Assembly: GCA_043810355.1 (NCBI GenBank)
Contig: JBDROB010000075.1
Coordinates: 16,565-80,564, forward strand
DNA from: Candidatus Woesearchaeota archaeon
Lineage (GTDB): Archaea; Nanobdellota; Nanobdellia; Woesearchaeales; JAGVYU01
Length of the DNA: 64,000 bases
Direction of reading: 5' to 3'
The notes beneath the pieces are model-generated. The model had not been told where the DNA came from and searched no databases. It was given only the letters and a program-made list of their open reading frames with translations. Positions 9,512-19,285 of the stretch are shown piece by piece; the first letter of the stretch is position 1, and the number at the start of each line of letters is the position of its first letter. A program made the position numbers and the translations under genes.

Positions 9512-10297
9512 ATGGAAATAAGTTTTTTGGGCAAGGATGAAAAACATAACAGGGTATCTTTTATCTTAAAAGGAGCAGATCCTACAATAGCTAACACCAT
9601 TAGAAAAAATATTATTGAAAGTGTTCCAACAATGGCGATTGATGATGTTGAATTTAGAAAAAACAGTTCTGCATTATATGATGAGATAATTGCACACAGG
9701 CTTGGTCTGATCCCTATTAAGACTGATCTGAAAAGTTATGATTTGAAACAAGGATGTAAATGCAAAGGTGAAGGCTGTGCTCGTTGCAGTGTGAAAATGA
9801 CTTTGTCTGAAAAAGGTCCTGGTATTGTTTATGCTTCAAGTATCAAGTCAAAGGATTCTCAGATAAAGCCAATCTTTCCAAAGACTCCTATTGTGAAATT
9901 GATCAAGAATCAGGAATTGGAGTTTGAGGCAACAGCTGTTTTAGGGATTGGAAAAGACCATACAAAATGGTCTCCTGGCCTTGCTTATTACAAATATCTT
10001 CCAATTATTGAGATAAAAGGCAACATTGGTGATCCTGAAAAGATTTGTGAGATATGTCCAGTTGATGTTTATGAAGTAAAGAACAGCAAACTTGTAGTGA
10101 ACAAGGATAAGATTAATGATTGTCATTTGTGCGGTGCTTGTGTTGATATCGAGCCTAATATCAGCATTAATGAGTCAGATAAGGATTTTGTTTTTTATGT
10201 CGAGTCTTGGGGACAGTTATCAAATAAGGATATTGTTGTTAAGGCTTTGGAATTAATGGATGAAAAACTTGATGAATTTGATAAGCTCCTCAAGTAG
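9512..10297 (+). CDS. rpoD: DNA-directed RNA polymerase subunit D (Rpo3) with ferredoxin-like Fe-S domain
   Basis: ANTIRK..I..VPTMAIDDV...NSSALYDEIIAHRLGLIP, GKDHTKWSP, Cys cluster CEICP...CHLCGAC; ATG at 9512 preferred. Confidence 0.96.
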   Translation: MEISFLGKDEKHNRVSFILKGADPTIANTIRKNIIESVPTMAIDDVEFRKNSSALYDEIIAHRLGLIPIKTDLKSYDLKQGCKCKGEGCARCSVKMTLSEKGPGIVYASSIKSKDSQIKPIFPKTPIVKLIKNQELEFEATAVLGIGKDHTKWSPGLAYYKYLPIIEIKGNIGDPEKICEICPVDVYEVKNSKLVVNKDKINDCHLCGACVDIEPNISINESDKDFVFYVESWGQLSNKDIVVKALELMDEKLDEFDKLLK

Positions 10298-10310
10298 CAC
10301 TCTCATTTAT

Positions 10311-10436
10311 GCGAGGGTGTCAGAGTCTGGTCAAATGACTACGGTTGAGGGCCGTAGGCCTTAGTGGCTGCGCGGGTTCGAATATCCCAGAGGGAGACTA
10401 CAAATCCCTCAGGATTTGAAAGTCCCGTCCTTCGCA
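10311..10436 (+). tRNA. tRNA-Leu(GAG) with a 40-nt non-canonical intron at 59/60 (10383-10422)
   Basis: GCGAGGG...CCTTCGC-A acceptor, anticodon arm TACGG-TT-GAG-GG-CCGTA, long variable arm, T-arm GCGGG-TTCGAA|T-CCCGT interrupted by a hairpin ending TGAAAG. Confidence 0.92.
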
Positions 10437-10530
10437 TATTAAATTCATATTTACATATTAAAATCAACTCAAAATGGCAAAACCACCAAAAATCAAAGAT
10501 ATTTTTGAGGTTCCATTTTAACAAGTTAAA

Positions 10531-10893
10531 ATGAAACGAACAGGACCAACAAATCCGAGGTTGAATTTCCTCATATCAGAGTTAAAGAAAGTTGGTAGTA
10601 TCAAGAAGATCAATCTGTTTAAGAGGCTTGCATTTGATCTTGAAAAATCTACAAGAAATAGAAGAATTGTTAATCTTTCAAGGATCAATAGGCATACTTC
10701 TGATAATGAAACAATTGTAATTCCAGGAAAAGTTCTTGGTGATGGTTCTTTGGATCACAAATTGACAATTTATGCTTTTGATTATTCAAATGGTGCAGTC
10801 TCAAGCATTGAGAATGCTTCTTCAAAAGCTTTGAAGATAGAGGAATTGCTGAATTCAGAGATAAAAGGTAAGAAAATCAGGATTATAGGTTGA
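10531..10893 (+). CDS. rpl18e: 50S ribosomal protein eL18
   Basis: TNPRL..LI..L...RRIVNLSRINR...VIPGKVLGDG...IRIIG. Confidence 0.95.
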   Translation: MKRTGPTNPRLNFLISELKKVGSIKKINLFKRLAFDLEKSTRNRRIVNLSRINRHTSDNETIVIPGKVLGDGSLDHKLTIYAFDYSNGAVSSIENASSKALKIEELLNSEIKGKKIRIIG

Positions 10894-10898
10894 TTAAA

Positions 10899-11318
10899 AT
10901 GATAATAAACGGAGAAAATCTTATTGTTGGAAGGGTTGCTACAGTTGTGGCAAAGATGGCATTATTAGGTGATAAGATTGATATTGTCAATTGCGAGAAA
11001 ATGGTGATTACTGGCAAGAGGGACGAGATCCTTAGAAGGTATCAAACTGCTAGAAAAAGAGGAATTCATACAAAAGGTCCTTTCATCAAAAGACATCCTG
11101 ATAGGTTTGTCAGGAAAATAATTAGGGGTATGCTTCCTTACAAGCAACCTAAAGGAAGAGTTGCATTTAAGAACATTATGTGTTATATCAGTATTCCTGA
11201 TGTCTATAAGGACAAAGAAATTGTAACTATTGAGAATGCTAATGTGTCAAAGATGGATAATTTGAATTATATTCAGATTGGTAGATTAATGAAACTTTTA
11301 GGTGGAAATTATGAATAA
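10899..11318 (+). CDS. rpl13: 50S ribosomal protein uL13
   Basis: IINGENLIVGRVATVVAK...VNCEKMVITG...GPF...PD...RGMLPYK..KG..A. Confidence 0.96.
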   Translation: MIINGENLIVGRVATVVAKMALLGDKIDIVNCEKMVITGKRDEILRRYQTARKRGIHTKGPFIKRHPDRFVRKIIRGMLPYKQPKGRVAFKNIMCYISIPDVYKDKEIVTIENANVSKMDNLNYIQIGRLMKLLGGNYE

Positions 11319-11715
11319 GATATTTACAGTATCTGGAAAGAGAAAAAGAGCAATTGCAAAGGCTACTATTCGTCCTGGTAATGGTGTTGTCAAGATAAAC
11401 AATGTATTGATTGATCTGATCCAGCCAGGGATTTCAAGGGCAAAGATGCAGGAACCATTGATTATTGCTGGTTCTTTGTCTAATTCAATAGATATTGATA
11501 TAAAAGTTGAAGGTGGTGGTATGAATTCACAGGCTGATGCTATCAGATTGGCTATTGCTAAATCTATTCTTGCTTTTTCAAAAGATGGTAAACTTAAGAA
11601 AGAGTTTATGAATTATGATAGGCAGCTTTTGGTTGCTGATGTTAGAAGAAAAGAGCCTTCAAAACCTAACCGGCATTCTCAGGCTAGGGCTAAGAGGCAG
11701 AAATCTTACCGTTAA
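11311..11715 (+). CDS. rps9: 30S ribosomal protein uS9
   Basis: SGKRKRAIAKA...GGGMNSQADAIRLAIAK...YDRQLLVADVRRKE...ARAKRQKSYR. Confidence 0.97.
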   Translation: MNKIFTVSGKRKRAIAKATIRPGNGVVKINNVLIDLIQPGISRAKMQEPLIIAGSLSNSIDIDIKVEGGGMNSQADAIRLAIAKSILAFSKDGKLKKEFMNYDRQLLVADVRRKEPSKPNRHSQARAKRQKSYR

Positions 11716-11733
11716 AAAATAAAGGTGGAAAAA

Positions 11734-11931
11734 ATGATTATACCTATAAAATGTTTAAGTTGTGGAAAACCAATTGCACACCTCTGGGAAGATTATAAGG
11801 AAAGTATTGAGAAAGGTGAAGATCCAAAAAAGACAATGGATGCTCTTGGATTAGAGAGGTATTGTTGCAGGGCAATGTTTTTAGGCCATGTTGACCTTAT
11901 TGATCAGGTTGCTAAGTTCAAGAAATTTTAA
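11734..11931 (+). CDS. rpoN: DNA-directed RNA polymerase subunit N (Rpo10)
   Basis: MIIPIKCLSCGKPI...LGLERYCCRAMFL.HVD. Confidence 0.97.
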   Translation: MIIPIKCLSCGKPIAHLWEDYKESIEKGEDPKKTMDALGLERYCCRAMFLGHVDLIDQVAKFKKF

Positions 11932-11973
11932 TAATTTTTTAATTTTTAATACAAATGGTAAAAGTGATAAAAA

Positions 11974-12180
11974 ATGAGTTTTAGAACACATCAAAAACCT
12001 ATCCTTTTGCATAGGGGTAGAAAGAGAAAAAGGCGTCAGAGAACATTTGACTCAGAAGAAAAAGCTAGAAATTATGCTGAGCTTCATAAGATATCTGATT
12101 ATACCTTAGTTAATCTAAAAAACACTGAGTCAAAGAGCAGCAAGTTCAGGATTGTTGTTGAACAGAATGAAAAACAATAA
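11974..12180 (+). CDS. Small basic hypothetical protein at the end of the r-protein/RNAP operon
   Basis: 68 aa, RGRKRKRRQRTF..EE.A..YA motif, GTGA SD-like element upstream. Confidence 0.65.
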   Translation: MSFRTHQKPILLHRGRKRKRRQRTFDSEEKARNYAELHKISDYTLVNLKNTESKSSKFRIVVEQNEKQ

Positions 12181-12213
12181 TTATTATATATTCTAATTTA
12201 TTTCTAAAATATA

Positions 12214-12663
12214 ATGAATCTGAATGATTTTCTTGTCAAAGCAAAACTGAATGGATATTGTAATCCAGATGTAAGGCCGCAAGAATTTGCTGATGGTAGG
12301 AGAGAATATTTATTTATAGAAGATAATATGGCCTATCATGATGCTTATCATGGTGAGAATCCTTTTCAAGGCCATGAATTGGTATGGGAAGATAATATAC
12401 CTATATGGGGTATGGTTTATAGAGGTAGAGTTATCAGTGATTCTGTCCCTCAGGATGAAATATTTGATTTTTTAAAAGTGTCCTTGAGGCATGTTGATAA
12501 GTTTTTCCCTGTTAGGGGTCCTATTAATTATTCAAGGGGAGAATTTCAGTATATCCTTGAGTCTTCAGGTGATATTGAAGAATTCAATGGTGTTGAAAGG
12601 ATCTTGCACGACAGAAAAGAAGTTTACATTCTTCGTTTTGAAGGTGGAACTATCAGATCTTAA
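12214..12663 (+). CDS. DUF5680-like hypothetical protein
   Basis: FLVKAK..GY...YHDAYHGENPFQGHELVW....PIWGMVYRG...FL..L....P.RGP...GDIEEFNG.E.I pattern. Confidence 0.7.
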   Translation: MNLNDFLVKAKLNGYCNPDVRPQEFADGRREYLFIEDNMAYHDAYHGENPFQGHELVWEDNIPIWGMVYRGRVISDSVPQDEIFDFLKVSLRHVDKFFPVRGPINYSRGEFQYILESSGDIEEFNGVERILHDRKEVYILRFEGGTIRS

Positions 12664-13574
12664 TGAGATTTCATGCTTAAAATGTACCCTATAATCCCAG
12701 GAATCACTGTAATCATCAAAAACCATAATATTGAGAATGAGAATCCGATTGAGGATGGCTCATTCATAATCTGGAATACAAGAACAGTGACCCATTCTCT
12801 TAATCCTAATCCTGATATTGTGATTGGTGCATTTCCCAACAATATTATTATAGGCAGGCTAAAGACTATCAGTGGATTGATATCATTCTTGAATGCAATC
12901 AGTATGAAAAATGCAGGTATAAAGCTGACAATATAATATAACAGTCCAAAAAAGAATGCTTTGAACAATGCGTTTTTGTTCTTTGCTAATCTCCTCATGT
13001 TTTCAATATAGTTTGTTTTGGATTCTTCTGAAAACTTCAGGAACCTTGCTATCAGGTTTACTATTCTTTTATTCATTATTAGGATTGTTCCAATTACCAA
13101 TATCAACCCAATTCCTAATGTAACAAAAAAGATTAGATAATTTTTGAATAAGACTAGGATAGCAATACTGCTGAGTATGATCAATGATCCAATATCAATT
13201 ATTTTCTCCCAAATGACTGTTGGAATCACTTTAGAAGCCCTTTCTTTCAGATAAAGTGCTCTGACCAATTCTCCTGATTTTCCAGGAGTCACCATTCCAT
13301 AAAAGATTCCAATTAGCAGCACTTTGATATTTTCCAATAGCTTGCATCTTATTCCAACACCTTCAAGCAATGCATTCCATTTTAATGCCCTCAATATGTA
13401 AACCATAAATATGAATGGGATTGCATAAATAACATAGATCAGATTTATCTGTGAAAAAACCTCAATTATCTTGTCAATCTTGATCTTAAACACAAGAAAC
13501 CCTAATAAGATTATAGTAATCAATGCTTTTATTATTGTGTTCCTCAGCTTTCCTTTTCTTTTTTTAAATTCCAT
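12660..13574 (-). CDS. Lysylphosphatidylglycerol synthase TM-region / flippase-like protein (UPF0104, AglD2-like)
   Basis: RALKW..LL, PGKSGELVRA, EKIID, PITISGLGLRE motifs; multi-TM. Confidence 0.85.
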   Translation of the reverse strand: MEFKKRKGKLRNTIIKALITIILLGFLVFKIKIDKIIEVFSQINLIYVIYAIPFIFMVYILRALKWNALLEGVGIRCKLLENIKVLLIGIFYGMVTPGKSGELVRALYLKERASKVIPTVIWEKIIDIGSLIILSSIAILVLFKNYLIFFVTLGIGLILVIGTILIMNKRIVNLIARFLKFSEESKTNYIENMRRLAKNKNALFKAFFFGLLYYIVSFIPAFFILIAFKNDINPLIVFSLPIIILLGNAPITISGLGLREWVTVLVFQIMNEPSSIGFSFSILWFLMITVIPGIIGYILSMKSH

Positions 13575-13610
13575 TGCTGTTATAATTTAATATTCATATA
13601 AAAACTTAAT

Positions 13611-14192
13611 CTATTTATCTGCATAAGCCCAGTTATTTAGAAACAGTTCAAAATATCCTAATCTAATTTTATCTTTTTCAAATCCAGCTAAAATTAGATA
13701 CTTTCTAATCTTCTTATGATTATAGCTTCCTTTGTGCTCTTCAATCTCCTCCTTGCTGATCAACCCTAGTCTTGCCATCACTCTTAACAATAAATCTGTC
13801 CAAGGGCAGGGAGTAGTTAGGATAAATCTTCCATTCTCTTTTAAAATCCTCTTGATCTCTTTCAAGACATTGACAATTATATCAGGCTCAATATGCTCAA
13901 ACACAGCCAGCATTGTTACAACATCAAAATGTTTTTCATGAAAAGGGATCTTAAACCCATTATCAATATTCTGTCCGATTATTTTTATATTATCCACTTT
14001 CTTTGCAGCACTGTCTATACCAATTTTCTCTTTAAATCTTGTATGTAATAAAAAATAGGGATAGCTTCCACATCCAATATCAAGTATCTTCCCTTCCCTA
14101 TGCCTTTTTGGAATGAGCTTGTTTGATATCTCTGCCCTCTTCTTAGATAGAAAATTTTCCAGTAATCCGAATCCTCTTGTGTGCTGGACCAT
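13611..14192 (-). CDS. Class I SAM-dependent methyltransferase
   Basis: ILDIGCG, FDVVTMLAVFEHI, RILKENGRFILTTP; start moved to the ATG at 14192. Confidence 0.88.
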   Translation of the reverse strand: MVQHTRGFGLLENFLSKKRAEISNKLIPKRHREGKILDIGCGSYPYFLLHTRFKEKIGIDSAAKKVDNIKIIGQNIDNGFKIPFHEKHFDVVTMLAVFEHIEPDIIVNVLKEIKRILKENGRFILTTPCPWTDLLLRVMARLGLISKEEIEEHKGSYNHKKIRKYLILAGFEKDKIRLGYFELFLNNWAYADK

Positions 14193-14218
14193 TTTTTCAG
14201 AATAAATTTCATTCAGTG

Positions 14219-15115
14219 TTACTTCTTCAGCATATCTGCAAGCAATCCAAACAGCCATATCTGAAGTCCTACTATTATGAATAATACCATTAATATTGAC
14301 ACATATGGATGCCCAACCTTTCCTGCTTCGATAAATTTGACAACAAGCCAGATTCCTAGCAATACCCCTACAAATATCATGAACATCCCGATTGTCCCAA
14401 ATATTTTCAATGGCTCATAATCCCTTATGATCCTTATTATATTCAGCCATGCTTTTGCCGCATACTCAAACGGATTGCTGATTAACCTGCTTTTTGTGCC
14501 TCCTCCTCTTTTTGCAAAATTTACAGGTATCTCTTTGATTGCAAACTTTTCTTTTGCACTTCGTATGATCTGTTCTTGAGTATATGTATGTGTTGAAGTT
14601 ATCTTGACCTTTTCAACAATATCTCTTGTAAATGCCCTAAATCCTGTCTGCCCATCTGTTATATTCAGTCTTGTTATGTTTGAGATTACTTTTGAAAATG
14701 CTTTATTACCTATTCTTTTGATAAGGGGCATGCTCTCTATTTTCCCCCTAAATCTGCTGCCAAGTACCAGGTCATACCCATTTTCAACCTCTTTGATTAA
14801 TCTTGGGATGTCTTCTGCATGATATTGTCCGTCTGCATCAGTGTGGATTATGACATCAAAATTCATTTTTAGGCATTCCTTCATCTCTGTCCTAAATGTT
14901 TCTGCTAGTCCATAATTTCTTTGATGAGATACAACAACAGCTCCTTTTTGTTCTGCAATGAATTTTGTATTATCATTGCTGCCATCATTGACAACTAATA
15001 TCTTGTATTGATAGTCAGTTTGGTCCATAACTTTCTTGATATTGTCAATGACCGGGCCTATTGTTTTCTCTTCATTATATGCAGGTATTGAGATAATAAC
15101 TCTAGTTACTTTCAT
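14219..15115 (-). CDS. GT2 glycosyltransferase (DPM/DPG-synthase-like, 2 C-terminal TM; AglJ-like)
   Basis: IPAYNEE, VVNDGSND, DADGQY, GSRF, DGQTGFRAF. Confidence 0.9.
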   Translation of the reverse strand: MKVTRVIISIPAYNEEKTIGPVIDNIKKVMDQTDYQYKILVVNDGSNDNTKFIAEQKGAVVVSHQRNYGLAETFRTEMKECLKMNFDVIIHTDADGQYHAEDIPRLIKEVENGYDLVLGSRFRGKIESMPLIKRIGNKAFSKVISNITRLNITDGQTGFRAFTRDIVEKVKITSTHTYTQEQIIRSAKEKFAIKEIPVNFAKRGGGTKSRLISNPFEYAAKAWLNIIRIIRDYEPLKIFGTIGMFMIFVGVLLGIWLVVKFIEAGKVGHPYVSILMVLFIIVGLQIWLFGLLADMLKK

Positions 15116-15222
15116 AATATTTAAGAATATTATTGGCTTTAAAAACCTTATTAAACTTAAGAATATAATGTCCTATTTATTATACATAAATATTTAAATA
15201 AAAGATTTCTTCTATTTCCATT

Positions 15223-17061
15223 ATGTCATTTGTAACAATCATATTATTCTTCATCTACATATATGGCTTAGGTTTCTCTATAACCTATTTTTTAAAGAAC
15301 TCTGAAAATTTCTGGGAAAGGAATATTATGAGATTAGGAATTGGATTAGGGGCATTCCCATTACTAGGTGTCCTGATCAACCTTCTCAGAATACCATTGG
15401 ATTGGAAAGTATTCCTTGGAATAAGTATTATACTTCCAATTGCTTTATACTTGTGGAAAAGGAAAAATCCTGATTTCAGCTCTGCTTTCAAGATTTCAAA
15501 ATCAAATATTTATATTCTTCTTGCTTTGATCATCTTCATAATCCATCTTGTTGTCTTTGTCCAAGGCTCATATGCTTATCCTTTTCATGAGGATGATGAC
15601 TCTTGGGAGCATGCAAGGTCAATAAAATATGTTGCTGAGACAAAGACTGCTTTTGAGCCAAAAGACAATAATATTTTTCATTATATTGATTCTTACCCTC
15701 CTGGATATGATATTCTGATGGGTATGTTTGTCCAGACTAGTGGTTCAGTCTATTGGACTATGAAATTTATGAATTCTTTGATTATTTCCTTAGGAATCCT
15801 TTTCTTCTATTTCTTTGCAAAAATATTCACTAAATCAAGAAAAAAAGCATTGTATGCCACAATTGTGTTAGCCCTTATTCCTTCATTCCTAACACATTTC
15901 ATTTGGGCTTATGGAATGGCTATTATCATGATTTTTCCATTATTTTATTGTCTTGAGATGATAAATTATGATAAAAAATGGATGTATCCATCTGCAATAG
16001 TTTTTGCAGGGATGTCTGTGACACAGCCTACCTCAACATTAAAGATTGGATTGATGTATATCATATATTGGATTATCAAGGTCTGGAGAAAGCATCCAAG
16101 TGCAAAAAAGATACTTGTTGCAGGAATTTTGGCTGTGATCCTTTCAACAGCATTTTGGTGGGGTCCTATGTTTATAAAACATGGTTGGCCTGATATTTTA
16201 CATTATGGACTTGATGTGAATCAGACTGGAAGAGATCCTTCAATCCTGAAGATTCAGGGTAGTGATGATCGTATCTTTCCGCCATCTGATTTCTTTTTTG
16301 CTAAAAAGACCAATATGATCAATGCTCCAAGGGGTTGGGGAATTGCTATATCATTGATTCTTATCTTGTCTTTGATATACATAGGATTTAGAAGAAGATC
16401 ATTGTTAAAAGAGGTAAATTTGTGGCTTCTGATAACAGTTGTCTGGTTTTTTTACATGCTTATCGGCTTGGAAAGCTATGCTCTTCCTGTCCAGATGATA
16501 GCCTTTAGATACTGGGCTTTGCTGGCAATCCCAGTTGCCTTGCTCACAGCTGAAGGGATTTTCCTTATTATCTCATTGCTGAAAGGATTTAAGATACCTC
16601 CTATTGCAACATTGATAGTCTTAATTTTGCTGATATTTGCAACTGCTGGCTATCATAAATATATTCATAATACTTCACCTAATTGGCCTGCAGGAACTGG
16701 TTGGTCTTCTCCTGATGAACTCCAAGGTTATCTCAATCTAAGAGACCTTCCTTCTGGAACAAAAATATTTACATTGACTCCTGCTGGAGATGCTTGGCTT
16801 ACTGGCTATGATATGTACACTTGCGGTTGGTGCAAGGATGAGTTGGATTTCAAATCCTCTGCAGTCAACAAGTCTCCTGAAGAAATCTACAATTTCATAA
16901 AGCCAAAGGGCTATGAGTATTTTATCCTAGACACAATTACAGCTGGTTATTATGGTGCTGACCAGACTAAAATTTTGATAGAAAAAACCCTGAACTCAAC
17001 TAATTTCATACCTCAGCAAAAATTCTCCACAAATGGCATGATTTTGTTTAAATTGTCTTAA
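15223..17061 (+). CDS. Polytopic GT-C-like membrane glycosyltransferase with N-terminal small TM domain
   Basis: About 13 TM segments; acidic loop EDDDSWEH...YPPGY; C-terminal external domain. Confidence 0.65.
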   Translation: MSFVTIILFFIYIYGLGFSITYFLKNSENFWERNIMRLGIGLGAFPLLGVLINLLRIPLDWKVFLGISIILPIALYLWKRKNPDFSSAFKISKSNIYILLALIIFIIHLVVFVQGSYAYPFHEDDDSWEHARSIKYVAETKTAFEPKDNNIFHYIDSYPPGYDILMGMFVQTSGSVYWTMKFMNSLIISLGILFFYFFAKIFTKSRKKALYATIVLALIPSFLTHFIWAYGMAIIMIFPLFYCLEMINYDKKWMYPSAIVFAGMSVTQPTSTLKIGLMYIIYWIIKVWRKHPSAKKILVAGILAVILSTAFWWGPMFIKHGWPDILHYGLDVNQTGRDPSILKIQGSDDRIFPPSDFFFAKKTNMINAPRGWGIAISLILILSLIYIGFRRRSLLKEVNLWLLITVVWFFYMLIGLESYALPVQMIAFRYWALLAIPVALLTAEGIFLIISLLKGFKIPPIATLIVLILLIFATAGYHKYIHNTSPNWPAGTGWSSPDELQGYLNLRDLPSGTKIFTLTPAGDAWLTGYDMYTCGWCKDELDFKSSAVNKSPEEIYNFIKPKGYEYFILDTITAGYYGADQTKILIEKTLNSTNFIPQQKFSTNGMILFKLS

Positions 17062-17747
17062 TCAACAAACCTATACTTGATCAGATAAAAGAATGCCTTT
17101 ATCCCGTCTCTCCATGTTATCTTCTTTCCTTCCTTGAAATCCCTGCAGTGATAGCTTATCGGAACTTCAACAATCTTGATCCTTTTCTTCAGGACTTTTG
17201 CAGTCACTTCTGGCTCAAAATCAAAGCGCTTTGCCCTTAGCCGTATATTTTTTATCACTTCAGCCTTAAAAACCTTGTAGCATGTCTCCATATCAGTGAT
17301 CCTTCCTCCAAAAAGCAGATTTGTAATTGCAGTCAATCCTAGATTGCCGATATAATGTATCCTGTATTTTGGCACTTTCTTGAGGTTGATAAACCTTGAT
17401 CCATATACAACAGATGCTTTTCCGCTTAATATTGGTTCTAATAATTGTGGATATTCATTGATGTCATATTCTAGGTCAGCATCCTGTATCATTATGATTT
17501 CTCCAGTTGCATTTTTTATCCCAGTCCTGATTGCAGCTCCTTTCCCTTTGTTCTTCTCATGGAATATTATTTTTATCTGTTTGTCATTGATAAGATGAAG
17601 TATCTTCCTTGTTCCATCTCTGCTTCCGTCATCAACTATTATTATCTCTTTGGATATATTGCCTATTTTCACATTTTTGACTCTCTTGATTACCTCAACT
17701 AAAGTCTTCTCTTCATTATAGGTTGGAATTATTATGCTTAATTTCAT
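17058..17747 (-). CDS. GT2 polyprenol-phosphate glycosyltransferase
   Basis: IIIPTYNEE, VDDGSRDGT, GKGAA, QDADLEYD, YGSRF, DMETCYK, FDFEPE. Confidence 0.92.
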   Translation of the reverse strand: MKLSIIIPTYNEEKTLVEVIKRVKNVKIGNISKEIIIVDDGSRDGTRKILHLINDKQIKIIFHEKNKGKGAAIRTGIKNATGEIIMIQDADLEYDINEYPQLLEPILSGKASVVYGSRFINLKKVPKYRIHYIGNLGLTAITNLLFGGRITDMETCYKVFKAEVIKNIRLRAKRFDFEPEVTAKVLKKRIKIVEVPISYHCRDFKEGKKITWRDGIKAFFYLIKYRFVD

Positions 17748-17760
17748 TTTTCTCTCAAGA

Positions 17761-19275
17761 TTATGTTACACACACTGCTTTTTCTTCTTCTCCCTCAAAC
17801 ACTCTGTCTGCTTCTTGCTTGTTACCTGGCTTGAAGAATGAGAACAATGCATTCACTCCACTTAATAATATTTTTATGTCATCTACTGACCTTATTTTAG
17901 CAATCTTTCTTATCACATAGCCAGGCCTAAAATAAAATTTCTTGTACATTAGTTTATAGAGATCTTTGATATCATCTGCACTTAAAGTCTCTAATCTCAT
18001 CACAGGCTTTGCTAGTGTATAGTCATCCCAGTCATATGTCAATATCAGGTCTTTATTCTTTGCCCATTCAAACATTGCTGTGCCTGGAAATGGTGTTGTT
18101 ATGTTCACAATGAGTAAATCTGGATTCAGTTTATTCACAAACTTCACATTCTTCATGATTATCTCTTTATTGTCTCCTGGATTTCCTACCATGAACGCTA
18201 GCCTTGATTCAATCCCTGCTTTTTTTGTCCATTTGTTTGCATTCAAGACCTGTTCAACATTTGTTTTTTTGTTGATGTTCCTCAGCACATTCTCATCAAT
18301 ATTCTCAACACCATACATTATCTGGTGGCATCCTGCTTTTTTCATCTTCTGCAGCATCTCAAAATCAACATAATCCACTCTGGCAAAACATGTCCATGAG
18401 ATATCAACTTTATTCTCAAGCAACATATCGCATAGTTTTATGACATTCTGCCTGTTTACAGTGAATGTGTCATCATAGAATTGTATTTGTTTTACTCCAT
18501 AATTCTTTATCAGGTATTGTATCTCTTCAAAAATCTTTTCAGCAGACTTGAAAAACATCAATGTTCCTAATGTTTTTGAGCAGAATGTGCATCTTCCTGG
18601 GCATCCTCTTGATGTCATCATGCTCATTGCAGGCAATTTCTTATAGCTTCCTTTTGCAGGCTGATATTTTAAGACTGGAAGCAGGTCATATGCAGGCATT
18701 GGCATTTCATCCAGGTTCATGATTCTTTTTCTTGGTTTTGTTCTGACAGAAAATATTTTTCCATCTTTTTTTCTCTTAAACATGATTCCATTTATCTCTT
18801 CAAGTTTTTTATTTTTTAAAATCTCAGAAAGTGTTATCTCTCCTTCTCCTATGACTGCTATATCTATATTTTTGTTCTTAATGACCTCATCTGTTAAGAA
18901 TGTTGCATGCACTCCTCCTACAACAACTTTTGCCTTTGGAAAGAATTCCTTGCATATTTCAGCCAGTTTATACACTTTTTTTATATTGCAGGTAAGTGTA
19001 GTTAAACCAATAACCCTAATATCTGAAAATCTGCTAACAAATTCTTTGATAAAAAGAGGTCTAAAGCTTTCAACAGAAGGTGCATATATGTCACAGTCTA
19101 ATATCTGGATTGAGAATCCTTGTGATCTGATAAACCCAGCAAGATCTGCTAATCCAAGTGGTGGAAAGTTTGAATTGACCTCTTTCCATATGTTTTCCTC
19201 TTCCTTGTACCAGCTTGGAGGAGCTATCAGAAGGCAATCCAGTTTCTCCTTGCTTTTTTCTTCCTTTTCCATCAT
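17761..19275 (-). CDS. B12-binding radical SAM protein (class B methyltransferase-like)
   Basis: PPLGL...GGVHAT...IGEGE cobalamin-binding domain; SRGCPGRCTFC CxxxCxxC motif; FYDDTF; PFPGT. Confidence 0.92.
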   Translation of the reverse strand: MMEKEEKSKEKLDCLLIAPPSWYKEEENIWKEVNSNFPPLGLADLAGFIRSQGFSIQILDCDIYAPSVESFRPLFIKEFVSRFSDIRVIGLTTLTCNIKKVYKLAEICKEFFPKAKVVVGGVHATFLTDEVIKNKNIDIAVIGEGEITLSEILKNKKLEEINGIMFKRKKDGKIFSVRTKPRKRIMNLDEMPMPAYDLLPVLKYQPAKGSYKKLPAMSMMTSRGCPGRCTFCSKTLGTLMFFKSAEKIFEEIQYLIKNYGVKQIQFYDDTFTVNRQNVIKLCDMLLENKVDISWTCFARVDYVDFEMLQKMKKAGCHQIMYGVENIDENVLRNINKKTNVEQVLNANKWTKKAGIESRLAFMVGNPGDNKEIIMKNVKFVNKLNPDLLIVNITTPFPGTAMFEWAKNKDLILTYDWDDYTLAKPVMRLETLSADDIKDLYKLMYKKFYFRPGYVIRKIAKIRSVDDIKILLSGVNALFSFFKPGNKQEADRVFEGEEEKAVCVT

Positions 19276-19285
19276 TTTTAGAAAA

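Noticed and set aside
10339..10524. 61-aa minus-strand ORF
   Set aside because: Antisense to tRNA-Leu; spurious.
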